Under the pieces are notes generated by a model. That model had not been told where the DNA came from and ran no database searches. It worked only from the letters and a program-made list of their open reading frames with translations. Shown in pieces: positions 8,080 to 17,137 of a stretch of 21,574 nt of DNA. This DNA is from Thermotogota bacterium (GTDB taxonomy: Bacteria > Thermotogota > Thermotogae > Petrotogales > Petrotogaceae). Position 1 is the stretch's first letter; every line of letters starts with the position of its first letter. The stretch covers positions 1,535 through 23,108 of the forward strand of contig JBNJGY010000032.1 of assembly GCA_051748045.1 (NCBI GenBank). The letters run 5' to 3'. A program made the position numbers and the translations under genes.

Positions 8080-9493
8080 AAAAATTTTAATATTTATCAT
8101 TTTAATAATTTCTTTATTTTCTTTTACAAATGAAATAAAATTTGATTTTATTAATACTGATTTAAAAGATGCTTTAGATGAGATTGCTTCTAAAGCTAAA
8201 ATAGAAATAATATATTCTGAAAATATAACAGGAGAAATAAATTTATCTATTAATACAAACAATATAGAAACAGCTTTAGAATTATTGCTTTTTGGTAAGC
8301 CTTATTTTTATAAAAAATACTCAGAAAGAATATATCTAGTTGGAGACTATAGAGAAAGAAACAATATAGCTAATTATTTACTTGAACCAAATATAGTAAA
8401 AATGGGTAATATAAGTACTAATTCTATTTCTGAATTATTGAATTTATATTCTTCAAGAGTAAAATATTTAAAAGACTCCAATGTAGTTATAGTTTATGGA
8501 AAAGACGATGTTGCTATGAAAATAATAAAATTAATAAAAGACATTGATAATAATAGTTTTACAAATAAGATCTTAACTGTAAATGTTATAGAATTATCAG
8601 AAGTCCAATGGCGTGTAAAAGAAGCTAGTAATATTAGAACAAATTATATAGTTGGTAAGGATATAGGGATTAATTATGAATTTTTGAATTTTGAGGAAAA
8701 TTTAAGATATAACTATTACAATATATTTAAACAAGAAAGCCAATTATATTTAAGTCTTAATGGGAAAAACATTGCAATTAATGTTCGAGAAAAAGAGGGT
8801 TTCAATCTCAAACTTTCAGTTGAAAAATCTTTAATGATGGATGTTGATCTTAATAATTCTCAAATTAATACTCCTGTATATTATTTTTTTGAGAACTCAA
8901 ATAAATATTTCATGATTATTTTAGGTGTATATGAAAAAAGAGACTATAAAGATTATTTTCAAGAAGTTCAAAAAAATTATTTAGGTTTAGAATATGAGTT
9001 TAATATAAACAGGAATTATATTGGTTTGGAATTCATAAACAAGGACTATGTTTTGAATTTTAAATATGGTTTTTTTGATGAATATTTTTTATCTTTTACA
9101 GATGAAATAGTAAAAGATTTTTATTCACATGTAGGGTTAGAGTATTTTACCGAAGAACTAGACTTATTTTTATCTTTTCAAGAAAACCAATTTTTTGAAG
9201 AGTTTAAAATGACTGGAGAGATAGGTTTAGTTAGCAATGTTAGTTTTGAAACCAATAATTTAATACCAGCATTCAAAGAGCTTTTTTATGATATGTATTT
9301 AGGCTATGAAAATGATATAATGGAATTAGGGGTTGGAAGTGAATTTATTCTTACGACAAATGAAATAATAATCAACCCATATATTGATTCTAGATTTTTT
9401 TACTCTATTAATTACTTTAAATTAATAGGTGAATTTTCTTACATTATTGACAAAGGGTTTAGAATCAATACTAAAGTTTTATATAATTTTTAA
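8072..9493 (+). CDS. Secretin-type N-domain protein with a predicted C-terminal outer-membrane beta-barrel
   Basis: TTG 8072 follows SD GGGGTG (8060-8065). Signal peptide; N0-like FDFINTDLKDALDEIASKAKIEIIYSENITGEINL; Secretin_N-like SNVVIVYGKDDVAMKIIKLIKDID. No secretin signature. Aromatic amphipathic strands end in FRINTKVLYNF. Confidence 0.65.
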   Translation: MNKKILIFIILIISLFSFTNEIKFDFINTDLKDALDEIASKAKIEIIYSENITGEINLSINTNNIETALELLLFGKPYFYKKYSERIYLVGDYRERNNIANYLLEPNIVKMGNISTNSISELLNLYSSRVKYLKDSNVVIVYGKDDVAMKIIKLIKDIDNNSFTNKILTVNVIELSEVQWRVKEASNIRTNYIVGKDIGINYEFLNFEENLRYNYYNIFKQESQLYLSLNGKNIAINVREKEGFNLKLSVEKSLMMDVDLNNSQINTPVYYFFENSNKYFMIILGVYEKRDYKDYFQEVQKNYLGLEYEFNINRNYIGLEFINKDYVLNFKYGFFDEYFLSFTDEIVKDFYSHVGLEYFTEELDLFLSFQENQFFEEFKMTGEIGLVSNVSFETNNLIPAFKELFYDMYLGYENDIMELGVGSEFILTTNEIIINPYIDSRFFYSINYFKLIGEFSYIIDKGFRINTKVLYNF

Positions 9494-9516
9494 AACGCTC
9501 TTTTGAGCGTTTTTTT
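9492..9516 (+). terminator. Intrinsic terminator of the envelope operon
   Basis: AAAACGCTC-TTTT-GAGCGTTTT with the T-tract running to 9516. Confidence 0.85.
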
Positions 9517-9534
9517 ATTAACGGAGGTGGAAAT

Positions 9535-10197
9535 GTGTATAAAGTTCTGATTGTAGAAGATGATAAATCAATTTCGAGATTGTTGGAATTAGAATTAAAA
9601 CACGAAGGGTATGATACAAAAATAGCGAATGATGGAGATGAAGCTATAAATTTTTATGAAGATTTTAAGCCTGATATTATATTATTAGACATAATGTTAC
9701 CAGTTAGAGATGGTTTTGAAATTGCAGAAATTATAAGAAATTATGATAAAGATATAGGGATAATAATGCTAACTGCTAAAGGAGAACTAGAAAATAGAGT
9801 TGAAGGGTTAAAAAATGCTGATGATTATGTAGTGAAACCTTTTGAAATTGAAGAAATTCTAGCAAGGTTAGAAGCTCTTTTGAGAAGGTTAAATAAAGCA
9901 AAAAAGAATCTCAGTGTAGATGGAATAAGTATGTATTTAGATAGAATGCAAGTTTATGTGAATGAAGAAGAAATTCATTTGAGTTTAACAGAATTTAATA
10001 TTTTAAAAACACTTATGATCAACAAAAATATAGTGGTTTCAAAAGAAAAAATTATGGAAGAAGTTTGGGGCTATAACGATGAAGAAAACAAAAATATAGT
10101 TGAAGTATATATGAACTATTTAAGAAAAAAATTAGGGGAAGCCTCAAAATATATTAAAACAGTAAGAGGTGTTGGCTACGTTATTCGAGAAGAATGA
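9535..10197 (+). CDS. OmpR/PhoB-family response regulator (ArlR-like)
   Basis: VLIVEDD, DIILLDIMLP, IIMLTAK, DDYVVKPF; winged helix VEVYMNYLRKKL...IKTVRGVGY; SD GGAGGT at 9523-9528; GTG start. Confidence 0.95.
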   Translation: MYKVLIVEDDKSISRLLELELKHEGYDTKIANDGDEAINFYEDFKPDIILLDIMLPVRDGFEIAEIIRNYDKDIGIIMLTAKGELENRVEGLKNADDYVVKPFEIEEILARLEALLRRLNKAKKNLSVDGISMYLDRMQVYVNEEEIHLSLTEFNILKTLMINKNIVVSKEKIMEEVWGYNDEENKNIVEVYMNYLRKKLGEASKYIKTVRGVGYVIREE

Positions 10198-11515
10198 GCA
10201 AAAAAAATCCGCAGTTTTTCAGCAAACTTTTATAATTACTATAACAACATTTTTATTAACTTCAATAGTTATATTATTATTGAGGTTTATTGTTATAGAT
10301 ATTTCTATGAACACATATGGAAAAATGTTTATAAATGAAATTAGCCCACAATATTTAGAAAAAAGCAAAAATCCTCCACAAAATAATGAAGAATTATTAG
10401 ATTCACTAATGAATGATTCTGATATTTTTAGAAAGAGTTTATTATCAAATAAAATTGTAATAATAGATGGAACAGTTATGTCAGATCCTTATAATATTAT
10501 TTATGATGGTTTTAAAATAGATAACATACCATATTTATATAAGACAAATAATAAATATTTTATATTTGTTGGGTTGGAGATATTCCAGAACAAACTTTTA
10601 ATTATAGGTAGTCCTTCTTTGGAATTCACCGCATTAATAGAAACATTTGATAAAATTGCCATCATAGCTATTTTTTTGTCTTCTTTATTCTCTTTAGCTA
10701 TTTCTTATATACTAGCAAGAAGGCTTTTAAAACCAACACTAACTATTTCCAGACAAATATCACAAATTGATGCCAACTCAATAAGTCAAAGAATCCCAGA
10801 ACAAAACACTGTGGAATATCAAAACCTTTCAAATAAATTAAATTCAATGCTCGAAAGAATTGAAAATGCCTTTAATGTTCAAAAACAATTTGTTTCTGAT
10901 GTATCCCATGAATTGAGAACACCTCTAACTTCTATAAATGGATTTGTAAAGATGCTTAAAAGGTGGGGAACAAAAGACGAAAAAATTTTAAATGAGTCAA
11001 TAGAAAGCATCGAAAATTCCACAGAATATCTAAAAGATATGGTTGAAAAATTACTGATTCTCACAAAACCCGATTATGAAATAGAATTGAAAGAACATAA
11101 AGTTGAAAGTATCATAAAAGAAACAATAGAAATTTTTGATAAAAACAAAGAGAAATTCAATATAAGCGGAGAAGATTTTTTAGTAAAAACTTCAGAAGAA
11201 TACCTTTCAATAATTTTAAAAGTAATAATTGAAAATGCACTAAAATATAATACTAACAATGAAAAAATAGATATAATATATGAAAATGGTGAGATTAAAA
11301 TAAGAGATTATGGAAAAGGTATCACAGAAGAAGAGATAAACAAAATATTCCAGAGGTTTTATAAAGGTGATAAATCAAGAACTTCTAAATCTCATGGATT
11401 AGGATTATCTATAGCTAAAAAATTAGCAGATAAATTGAAATTAAGAATAAATGTTGAAAATAAAGATATTGGTGTGCAATTTAGCTTAACTTTTGATGAT
11501 TACAAACTATCTTAA
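10169..11515 (+). CDS. Membrane sensor histidine kinase with HAMP domain (ArlS-like)
   Basis: Two TM segments, HAMP, H-box FVSDVSHELRTPLTSING followed by LKRWG, N-box IIENALKY, DYGKGI, IFQRFY, GLGLSIAK. The exact start is uncertain. Confidence 0.93.
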   Translation: MLATLFEKNEQKKSAVFQQTFIITITTFLLTSIVILLLRFIVIDISMNTYGKMFINEISPQYLEKSKNPPQNNEELLDSLMNDSDIFRKSLLSNKIVIIDGTVMSDPYNIIYDGFKIDNIPYLYKTNNKYFIFVGLEIFQNKLLIIGSPSLEFTALIETFDKIAIIAIFLSSLFSLAISYILARRLLKPTLTISRQISQIDANSISQRIPEQNTVEYQNLSNKLNSMLERIENAFNVQKQFVSDVSHELRTPLTSINGFVKMLKRWGTKDEKILNESIESIENSTEYLKDMVEKLLILTKPDYEIELKEHKVESIIKETIEIFDKNKEKFNISGEDFLVKTSEEYLSIILKVIIENALKYNTNNEKIDIIYENGEIKIRDYGKGITEEEINKIFQRFYKGDKSRTSKSHGLGLSIAKKLADKLKLRINVENKDIGVQFSLTFDDYKLS

Positions 11516-11554
11516 TAATTTAATTAATTCAAGTTAATATAATTAATATAAAAT

Positions 11555-11586
11555 TGAAGAAAGGTCGGGATACCGGCCTTTTTTCA
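11555..11586 (+). terminator. Intrinsic terminator after the two-component pair
   Basis: GAAAGGTCGG-GATA-CCGGCCTTTT hairpin with a T6 run. Confidence 0.75.
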
Positions 11587-11622
11587 GTATTTTTTTATTA
11601 TTTAGATTATAGGAGGCAAAAA

Positions 11623-12753
11623 ATGATATATTTAGATAATAACGCCACAACTATAATGTATGAAGAAGTATTTAAAATATTACAAAAATATTCTTTAGAA
11701 ATATACTCCAATCCTAATTCTATTCATGAATTTGGAGTAAAAGCTGACGTAGCTATGGAAGAAGCTAGATTTAAAATAGCAAAAATGATGGGAGTTATGC
11801 CCTATGAAATATATTTTACTTCTGGGGCTACGGAATCTATAAACTGGGCTATAAAAGGAACAGCACTTTCTAGAAAAAATGAAGGAAAACATATATTAAG
11901 TTCTAGGGTAGAACATTCAGCCACAGTAAATACACTTTCTTATTTGAAAAAACAAGGGTTTGAAATAGATTATGTAAAAGCTAACAAATATGGAGAACTT
12001 GATCTTGAAGATTTAAAAGAAAAAATAAGAGAAGATACAATATTGTGTACTTTTATGTTTTCTAATAATGAGCTAGGGACAATAAATCCAGTAAAAAAAA
12101 TACAAGAAATTATAAAAAGCAAAAACGAAAATACTTTATTTCATTTAGATGCAGTTCAAGCATTAGGAAAAGTTGATTTTAGATTAAAAGATTTTCAATG
12201 TGATATGGCTTCTTTTTCTGCACATAAATTTCATGGTCCAAAAGGAATAGGTTTTTTATACAAAAAAGAATCAACTCTAATACATCCTTTGATAACAGGC
12301 GGAACTCAAGAAAGAGGGCAAAGAGGAGGAACTCAAAATGTTCCTTCTATAGTAGCGATGGCAAAAGCTTTAGAAATTAGTATAAACGATTTAAAAGAGA
12401 TGGATAGAATAAAAAAATTAAGAGATGAAATAGCCAATGAAATAAAAAGTTTTGGTGCAAAAATAGTTACTCCATTAAATAATTCAATACCTAATACAGT
12501 TTCTACCTATTTTGAAGGCCTTAGAGGAGATGTAATAGTTAATGCCTTATCTGATGAAGAAATTTACATATCCACATCAGCTGCTTGTTCTTCTAAAGGA
12601 ACCTCAGGAAGTAGGGTTTTAAAAGAATTAGGATTTTCTAATAGAGCTGCAGAAGGTATGATAAGAATTAGCCTGTCATCATTAACTACAGGCGATGAAG
12701 TACGAAAATTTATAAATATCCTCAAAAATGTCCTTGGTTTTTTGAGATTTTGA
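11623..12753 (+). CDS. iscS: Cysteine desulfurase, IscS/NifS group I
   Basis: Start ATG 11623 follows AGGAGG at 11611-11616. YLDNNATT, FTSGATES, HLDAVQ, PLP-Lys motif SAHKFHGPKGIG, RGGTQNV, catalytic STSAACSS. Confidence 0.93.
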   Translation: MIYLDNNATTIMYEEVFKILQKYSLEIYSNPNSIHEFGVKADVAMEEARFKIAKMMGVMPYEIYFTSGATESINWAIKGTALSRKNEGKHILSSRVEHSATVNTLSYLKKQGFEIDYVKANKYGELDLEDLKEKIREDTILCTFMFSNNELGTINPVKKIQEIIKSKNENTLFHLDAVQALGKVDFRLKDFQCDMASFSAHKFHGPKGIGFLYKKESTLIHPLITGGTQERGQRGGTQNVPSIVAMAKALEISINDLKEMDRIKKLRDEIANEIKSFGAKIVTPLNNSIPNTVSTYFEGLRGDVIVNALSDEEIYISTSAACSSKGTSGSRVLKELGFSNRAAEGMIRISLSSLTTGDEVRKFINILKNVLGFLRF

Positions 12754-12770
12754 AAATTTTAGTGTATAAT
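12742..12770 (+). promoter_or_regulatory. sigmaA-type promoter of the yicC operon
   Basis: TTGAGA (12742-12747), 17-bp spacer, TATAAT (12765-12770); SD GGAGGA at 12777-12782. Confidence 0.75.
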
Positions 12771-12789
12771 TAAATTGGAGGAGATATAT

Positions 12790-13665
12790 ATGAGAAGTAT
12801 GACTGGTTACGGCCGAATAGAGAAAATTATTGGTAATTATAATTATTCTGTTGAGATCAAAACATTGAATGGGAAATATTCAAATGTAAAAACATCTTTA
12901 GCGGGAATTTTTTCACCTTTAGAAATTGATGTGCAAAATTTAGTTAAATCAAAACTAAATAGAGGAAACATCAGTGTATATATAGATATAAGATTTATGA
13001 ACCCTGAAGATTTTGTGGATGTGGATCTAGGTTTAGCAAAATCTTATTCAACAGCATTGAATAAAATAGCAAATGAACTTCATTTATCAGATGAAGTTAA
13101 TTTAGATGTTTTAACAAAATTCAGAGAAATTATAAAAATAAAAATAAAAGAAGAAAAACAAGAAGAAATTTGGGAAGGGTTGAAAGAAGTATTAGAAGAA
13201 ACTATAGATAAAGTAATTGAATTTCAAAAAAATGAAGGTCAAGATTTACAGGATATACTAATTTCAAATGTAGATAAATTAAAAGAAATGGTAGAAAAAA
13301 TAGAATCACAAAGCGATGAAATGAAAGATGAATTTAGAGCTAGAATAAAAGAAAATTTAGATGAAATATTAGAATCAGAAAAGATAAATGAAGATAGATT
13401 AGAATTAGAGGTAGCATTATTAGCTGAAAGAGCAGATATATCAGAAGAGATCGATAGGCTAAAAAGTCATTTAAATAGATTTACAAAAATAATAAATGGT
13501 GATAGCGAAAGTAAAGGACAAAAATTAGATTTCTTATGTCAAGAATTACACAGAGAATTCAACACTATTGCATCAAAATCTAAGGTTACAGACATAACAA
13601 ATCTATCTGTAGATGGAAGAGTCATAGTGAATAAATTAAGAGAACAAGTACAGAACGTTCATTAA
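12790..13665 (+). CDS. yicC: YicC/YloC family endoribonuclease
   Basis: MRSMTGYGR, EIKTLNGKY, ADISEEIDRLKSH, GQKLDFLCQELHREFNTIASK, LREQVQNV. Confidence 0.95.
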   Translation: MRSMTGYGRIEKIIGNYNYSVEIKTLNGKYSNVKTSLAGIFSPLEIDVQNLVKSKLNRGNISVYIDIRFMNPEDFVDVDLGLAKSYSTALNKIANELHLSDEVNLDVLTKFREIIKIKIKEEKQEEIWEGLKEVLEETIDKVIEFQKNEGQDLQDILISNVDKLKEMVEKIESQSDEMKDEFRARIKENLDEILESEKINEDRLELEVALLAERADISEEIDRLKSHLNRFTKIINGDSESKGQKLDFLCQELHREFNTIASKSKVTDITNLSVDGRVIVNKLREQVQNVH

Positions 13666-13692
13666 AATATATAGCTTCTGGAGGTGTTATTT

Positions 13693-13986
13693 GTGTACGG
13701 TTTAATAAATATAGGTTTTGGAAATGTGGTTGTTGGAGATAGAGTAATTGCGATAGTTAATCCAGGTAGCCAACCATTAAAAAGATTAAGAGATGTAGCT
13801 GAAACACAAGGGAAATTGTTAGAAGTAAATCATGGTAGAAAAACAAGAGCTTTTATCATAACTGACTCAGGACATGTTATCGCTTCTGCAATACAACCTG
13901 AAACTATAACAAATAGGTTCTCACAAAATTTCTATGACATAGAAAAGTCACTTGAAAGAATAAGAAAAGAGGCATTCAACGGATGA
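13693..13986 (+). CDS. remA: DUF370 / RemA family protein
   Basis: GTG 13693 follows GGAGGTG (13680-13686). [10 protein letters not shown]...RVIAIVNP...[25 protein letters not shown]; conserved yicC-remA-gmk-rpoZ order. Confidence 0.92.
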   Translation: MYGLINIGFGNVVVGDRVIAIVNPGSQPLKRLRDVAETQGKLLEVNHGRKTRAFIITDSGHVIASAIQPETITNRFSQNFYDIEKSLERIRKEAFNG

Positions 13987-14612
13987 CAGGAGGAGTTTTA
14001 TATGTAGTAAGCGGTCCTTCTGGAGCCGGTAAATCAACAGTAATTAAGAAAGCTTTGGATAAAGTCGATGGGTTTACTTTTTCAGTTTCATATACTACCA
14101 GGGAAAAGAGACCAGGCGAAATAGAAGGTAAGGATTATTTTTTTATATCTGAAGAGAAATTTCATGAATTAAAAGATAATGGTGAATTTTTAGAATATGC
14201 TGAAGTTCATGGTTATTATTATGGAACTTCTAAATCATTTATAAAAGAAAAGCTTGATGATGGTTACAATATAGTTCTAGATGTCGACGTTCAAGGGTCT
14301 TTAAATGTGAAAAATGAAATGCCACACGACTCGGTATTAATATTTGTTGTTCCCCCTTCTTACAAAGAACTTCAAAAGAGGCTAAGAGGAAGAGGAACAG
14401 AAAATGAAAAGGATCTAAAAAAAAGATTAGAAGATTCTAAATGGGAAATTCAACAAATGGATGAATTTGACTATCTTTTAGAAAATAATGATGTACCAGA
14501 ATCAGTAAATAGATTGGTCTCTATAATAATTGCAGAACAACTGAGGATTGCGAGAATTAGAGATGGATTAGAAGAAAAGGTAGATAAATTTTTTAAACAC
14601 GATTTTTCATAG
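13983..14612 (+). CDS. gmk: Guanylate kinase
   Basis: P-loop [52 protein letters not shown]. Confidence 0.97.
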   Translation: MTGGVLYVVSGPSGAGKSTVIKKALDKVDGFTFSVSYTTREKRPGEIEGKDYFFISEEKFHELKDNGEFLEYAEVHGYYYGTSKSFIKEKLDDGYNIVLDVDVQGSLNVKNEMPHDSVLIFVVPPSYKELQKRLRGRGTENEKDLKKRLEDSKWEIQQMDEFDYLLENNDVPESVNRLVSIIIAEQLRIARIRDGLEEKVDKFFKHDFS

Positions 14613-14622
14613 GGGTGAAAAG

Positions 14623-14859
14623 ATGAGTACAGGTTTTAATTACGATAAAATTATGGAAAAAATGCATCATAAATATGCTGTACCTATAATAGCAGCAAAA
14701 AGAGCACAAGAAATAAAAAATGAAAGAGAAATGAAAGAACCGAATAAACATCATGCAAATAAAAATTATGTTGAAGAAGCTTTTGTAGATATTCAGAATG
14801 GAAAAACAATAATTAGAGATTTAGACAAAATTGATGAAATAAAAACAAAGTTGAAGTGA
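14623..14859 (+). CDS. rpoZ: RNA polymerase omega subunit
   Basis: 78 aa with KYAVPIIAAKRAQEI, directly after gmk. Confidence 0.88.
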   Translation: MSTGFNYDKIMEKMHHKYAVPIIAAKRAQEIKNEREMKEPNKHHANKNYVEEAFVDIQNGKTIIRDLDKIDEIKTKLK

Positions 14860-14864
14860 TTAAA

Positions 14865-15425
14865 ATGAAAAAGTCTTTTTTAGTTTTATTATCTCTTATA
14901 ATTATTTTTACTTTGAGTTTCTCAAATAGTTTTAATTATGGCCTTTCAATAATGACAGATGAAAATGTAAATTGGGCTTTGAGAACAGGGTTTGAATCAG
15001 AACAGTTTAAATTATCATTTGATCTAAGTCCAAATTTTGAAGGCGGATTAACTATTATTTCAATAACAGATATAGATCTAAAACTAGCTGAAATGAATGA
15101 AATGATTGATATTTCTGCGGGAGTTTTATGGTTGAATGATAGACCAACTCAAGAATATATTGATTCAGATGAAAATAGAAGTACAATTTTTGCAAATGTT
15201 GGCTTTAACTTCATTATTGAAAATGTAGATGCTAAGCTAGGAATAGGCTATCCTGTTAATTTAGATTTTGAACCAACAACAAATATTTTAGACTACCTTA
15301 ATTTAAGAATCGCTTATACTTTTCCTAAACCAGGAGAATTTATAGATGATTTGAAAATACAGTTCAGATTCACAAAATTAAGAAGAGATATTTCTTTATT
15401 CATCTCAACACCTATTTATGACTAA
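14865..15425 (+). CDS. Exported hypothetical protein, possibly a small beta-barrel
   Basis: Signal peptide MKKSFLVLLSLIIIFTLSFS (start ATG 14865 or GTG 14856); alternating strands such as FANVGFNFII, AKLGIGYP and LKIQFRF. Confidence 0.6.
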   Translation: MKKSFLVLLSLIIIFTLSFSNSFNYGLSIMTDENVNWALRTGFESEQFKLSFDLSPNFEGGLTIISITDIDLKLAEMNEMIDISAGVLWLNDRPTQEYIDSDENRSTIFANVGFNFIIENVDAKLGIGYPVNLDFEPTTNILDYLNLRIAYTFPKPGEFIDDLKIQFRFTKLRRDISLFISTPIYD

Positions 15426-15846
15426 ACTAAGAAATAAAAAAGGTTTTTTATTGCTCGAATCGGTATTAGAAATTTTTTTAATTTCTATAATTACAATAAC
15501 AGTCCTTGCGACATTTGCAAGGACTTTGTTTATATTAAAAAACTCTTTAACCAAAATGAGAGACTTGAATATAGCTCAAAATGCTTTTATTTCAACATAC
15601 TTGATAGCCAAACAAGAAATAAAAACAACTAACAACTTTCACAGCAGTTATGTTTACAATTTTGCAGATAATGGATCTTATATAGGGATAGATTACAATA
15701 AATTTTCTAAAAAGATAATAAGAAGAACCAATAGTGGCGGTACTTTAATACACGACAAAGTAGGCTTTTTTGAATTTAAAGATAATTATCTTACAATAGA
15801 ACTAGAAGGATACAAATTCAAGATATTTATTAAACAGGAGGAATAA
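15418..15846 (+). CDS. Type IV prepilin-like (minor pilin/pseudopilin) protein
   Basis: Class III signal peptide MTKLRNKKG|FLLLE (G-1, F+1, E+5) followed by a hydrophobic helix. Confidence 0.75.
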   Translation: MTKLRNKKGFLLLESVLEIFLISIITITVLATFARTLFILKNSLTKMRDLNIAQNAFISTYLIAKQEIKTTNNFHSSYVYNFADNGSYIGIDYNKFSKKIIRRTNSGGTLIHDKVGFFEFKDNYLTIELEGYKFKIFIKQEE

Positions 15847-15849
15847 TAG

Positions 15850-17118
15850 ATGGCGAACGAAATAATAGAATCATATAAAATACTAGAAGAAAAAATAAAA
15901 TCAGAGAATGCAAAAATATTTTTTGAAATGTTGGATTCTAATTATCCAGCTTTTAAATCAAGGGCCATTCAAGAATTAACAAAGTTAAAAATTGAAACCC
16001 CTGCTATAAAAGAATTTATAGAAGATCCAGATAGAGAAGTAAGGTTATCTAGTCTAAAGTATTTAGAAAAAATGGCTTTACTAGAAGAAGAAGATTTAAT
16101 TAATCTAACAAAAGATATTTCACCTACAATAAGAAGAGAATCAGTAAAATTCTTTATAAGCATGGGTGTAGAAGATGATAAAGTAATAGAAGAAAAAATA
16201 AAAGATCCTGATCCTACTGTAAGATATCAACTTTTAATATCATATTTAGAATACTATCCAGAAGATTCTTCAAAATTAATAGAGAAGATGAAAGAAGATC
16301 CATACGTCAAGATAAAACAACTAATAGAAGCATTAGAAAATGTTTCTGAAACTATGTTAGATGATACAATTCCTCCGAATATTAAAAAAATATCTTTGAT
16401 TAGATATTATGAAAAAACAGATGCAATGGCTTTTTTTACAACATTAAAAGAAGTATATGCTGATGTTGATAAAGAAACAAAAAAAATAATATTAAGATTT
16501 TTAGCTGGTTTACCATGTGATATTATAAAAAAATATTTAGAGGGAAAAATAGAAGAAGAAGAAGATTTTGAAATATTAATGGCAATAACAAAAGTTATCA
16601 GGAAAGTTTGCGGAAGTGAAGATATACCTAGCTGGCTGATAAATAACTTTGTCGATCACAAAGACCCAAAAATTGTAAAATTTGGTTTGAAATTAGCTCA
16701 AGATAAAGAAGATATGGGGTACGTAGACTACGCCAGAGAATTACTAGATGAAGTAGATGATGATTTAGTAATAGGAGCTGCAGATTATCTCTCTTTTTTC
16801 CAAGATTATCAGCTAACAGATTATATTTCAGAGTTTTTAAATTCAGTATCTTCAAAAAGAATAAAAGAAGCTTTAAAAATAATTAAAAAATTAAAACTTG
16901 ATAATTATATAAACGAAATTGCAGATATGGCAAATAACAAAAAATATCCTATGTCAATAAGAAAAAATGCAATAAACTTATTAAAATATTTCAAAGCAAA
17001 AAATTTATGGGAAATACCTTTTAATATATTAAAAGACCCATACGAAAAAGGGCAGTTAAAATTAGCCTCATTAAATGCACTATTGAAATTAAATCCGGAG
17101 ATGGTGACTAATATTTAA
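15850..17118 (+). CDS. HEAT-repeat protein
   Basis: Repeated DPDREVR / DISPTIR / DPDPTVR / DPYVKIK helical units; no signal peptide. Confidence 0.85.
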   Translation: MANEIIESYKILEEKIKSENAKIFFEMLDSNYPAFKSRAIQELTKLKIETPAIKEFIEDPDREVRLSSLKYLEKMALLEEEDLINLTKDISPTIRRESVKFFISMGVEDDKVIEEKIKDPDPTVRYQLLISYLEYYPEDSSKLIEKMKEDPYVKIKQLIEALENVSETMLDDTIPPNIKKISLIRYYEKTDAMAFFTTLKEVYADVDKETKKIILRFLAGLPCDIIKKYLEGKIEEEEDFEILMAITKVIRKVCGSEDIPSWLINNFVDHKDPKIVKFGLKLAQDKEDMGYVDYARELLDEVDDDLVIGAADYLSFFQDYQLTDYISEFLNSVSSKRIKEALKIIKKLKLDNYINEIADMANNKKYPMSIRKNAINLLKYFKAKNLWEIPFNILKDPYEKGQLKLASLNALLKLNPEMVTNI

Positions 17119-17137
17119 AAAAATAATTTCCGATTTA

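Noticed and set aside
9447-9477. Internal TTGACA promoter for the two-component genes
   Set aside because: No good -10 at 16-18 bp spacing, and it lies upstream of the terminator.
5364-9493. Calling the operon a complete T2SS/T4P or chaperone-usher system
   Set aside because: No ATPase, platform, prepilin peptidase, usher-sized barrel or pilin is encoded in it.
11511-11543. TTAAT direct repeats as a response-regulator box before a TATAAT
   Set aside because: Spacing is irregular in near-pure AT sequence and cannot be distinguished from background.
11554-11622. N-terminal extension of the cysteine desulfurase in the ORF track
   Set aside because: It runs through a terminator hairpin; the strong SD and family N-terminus point to ATG 11623.
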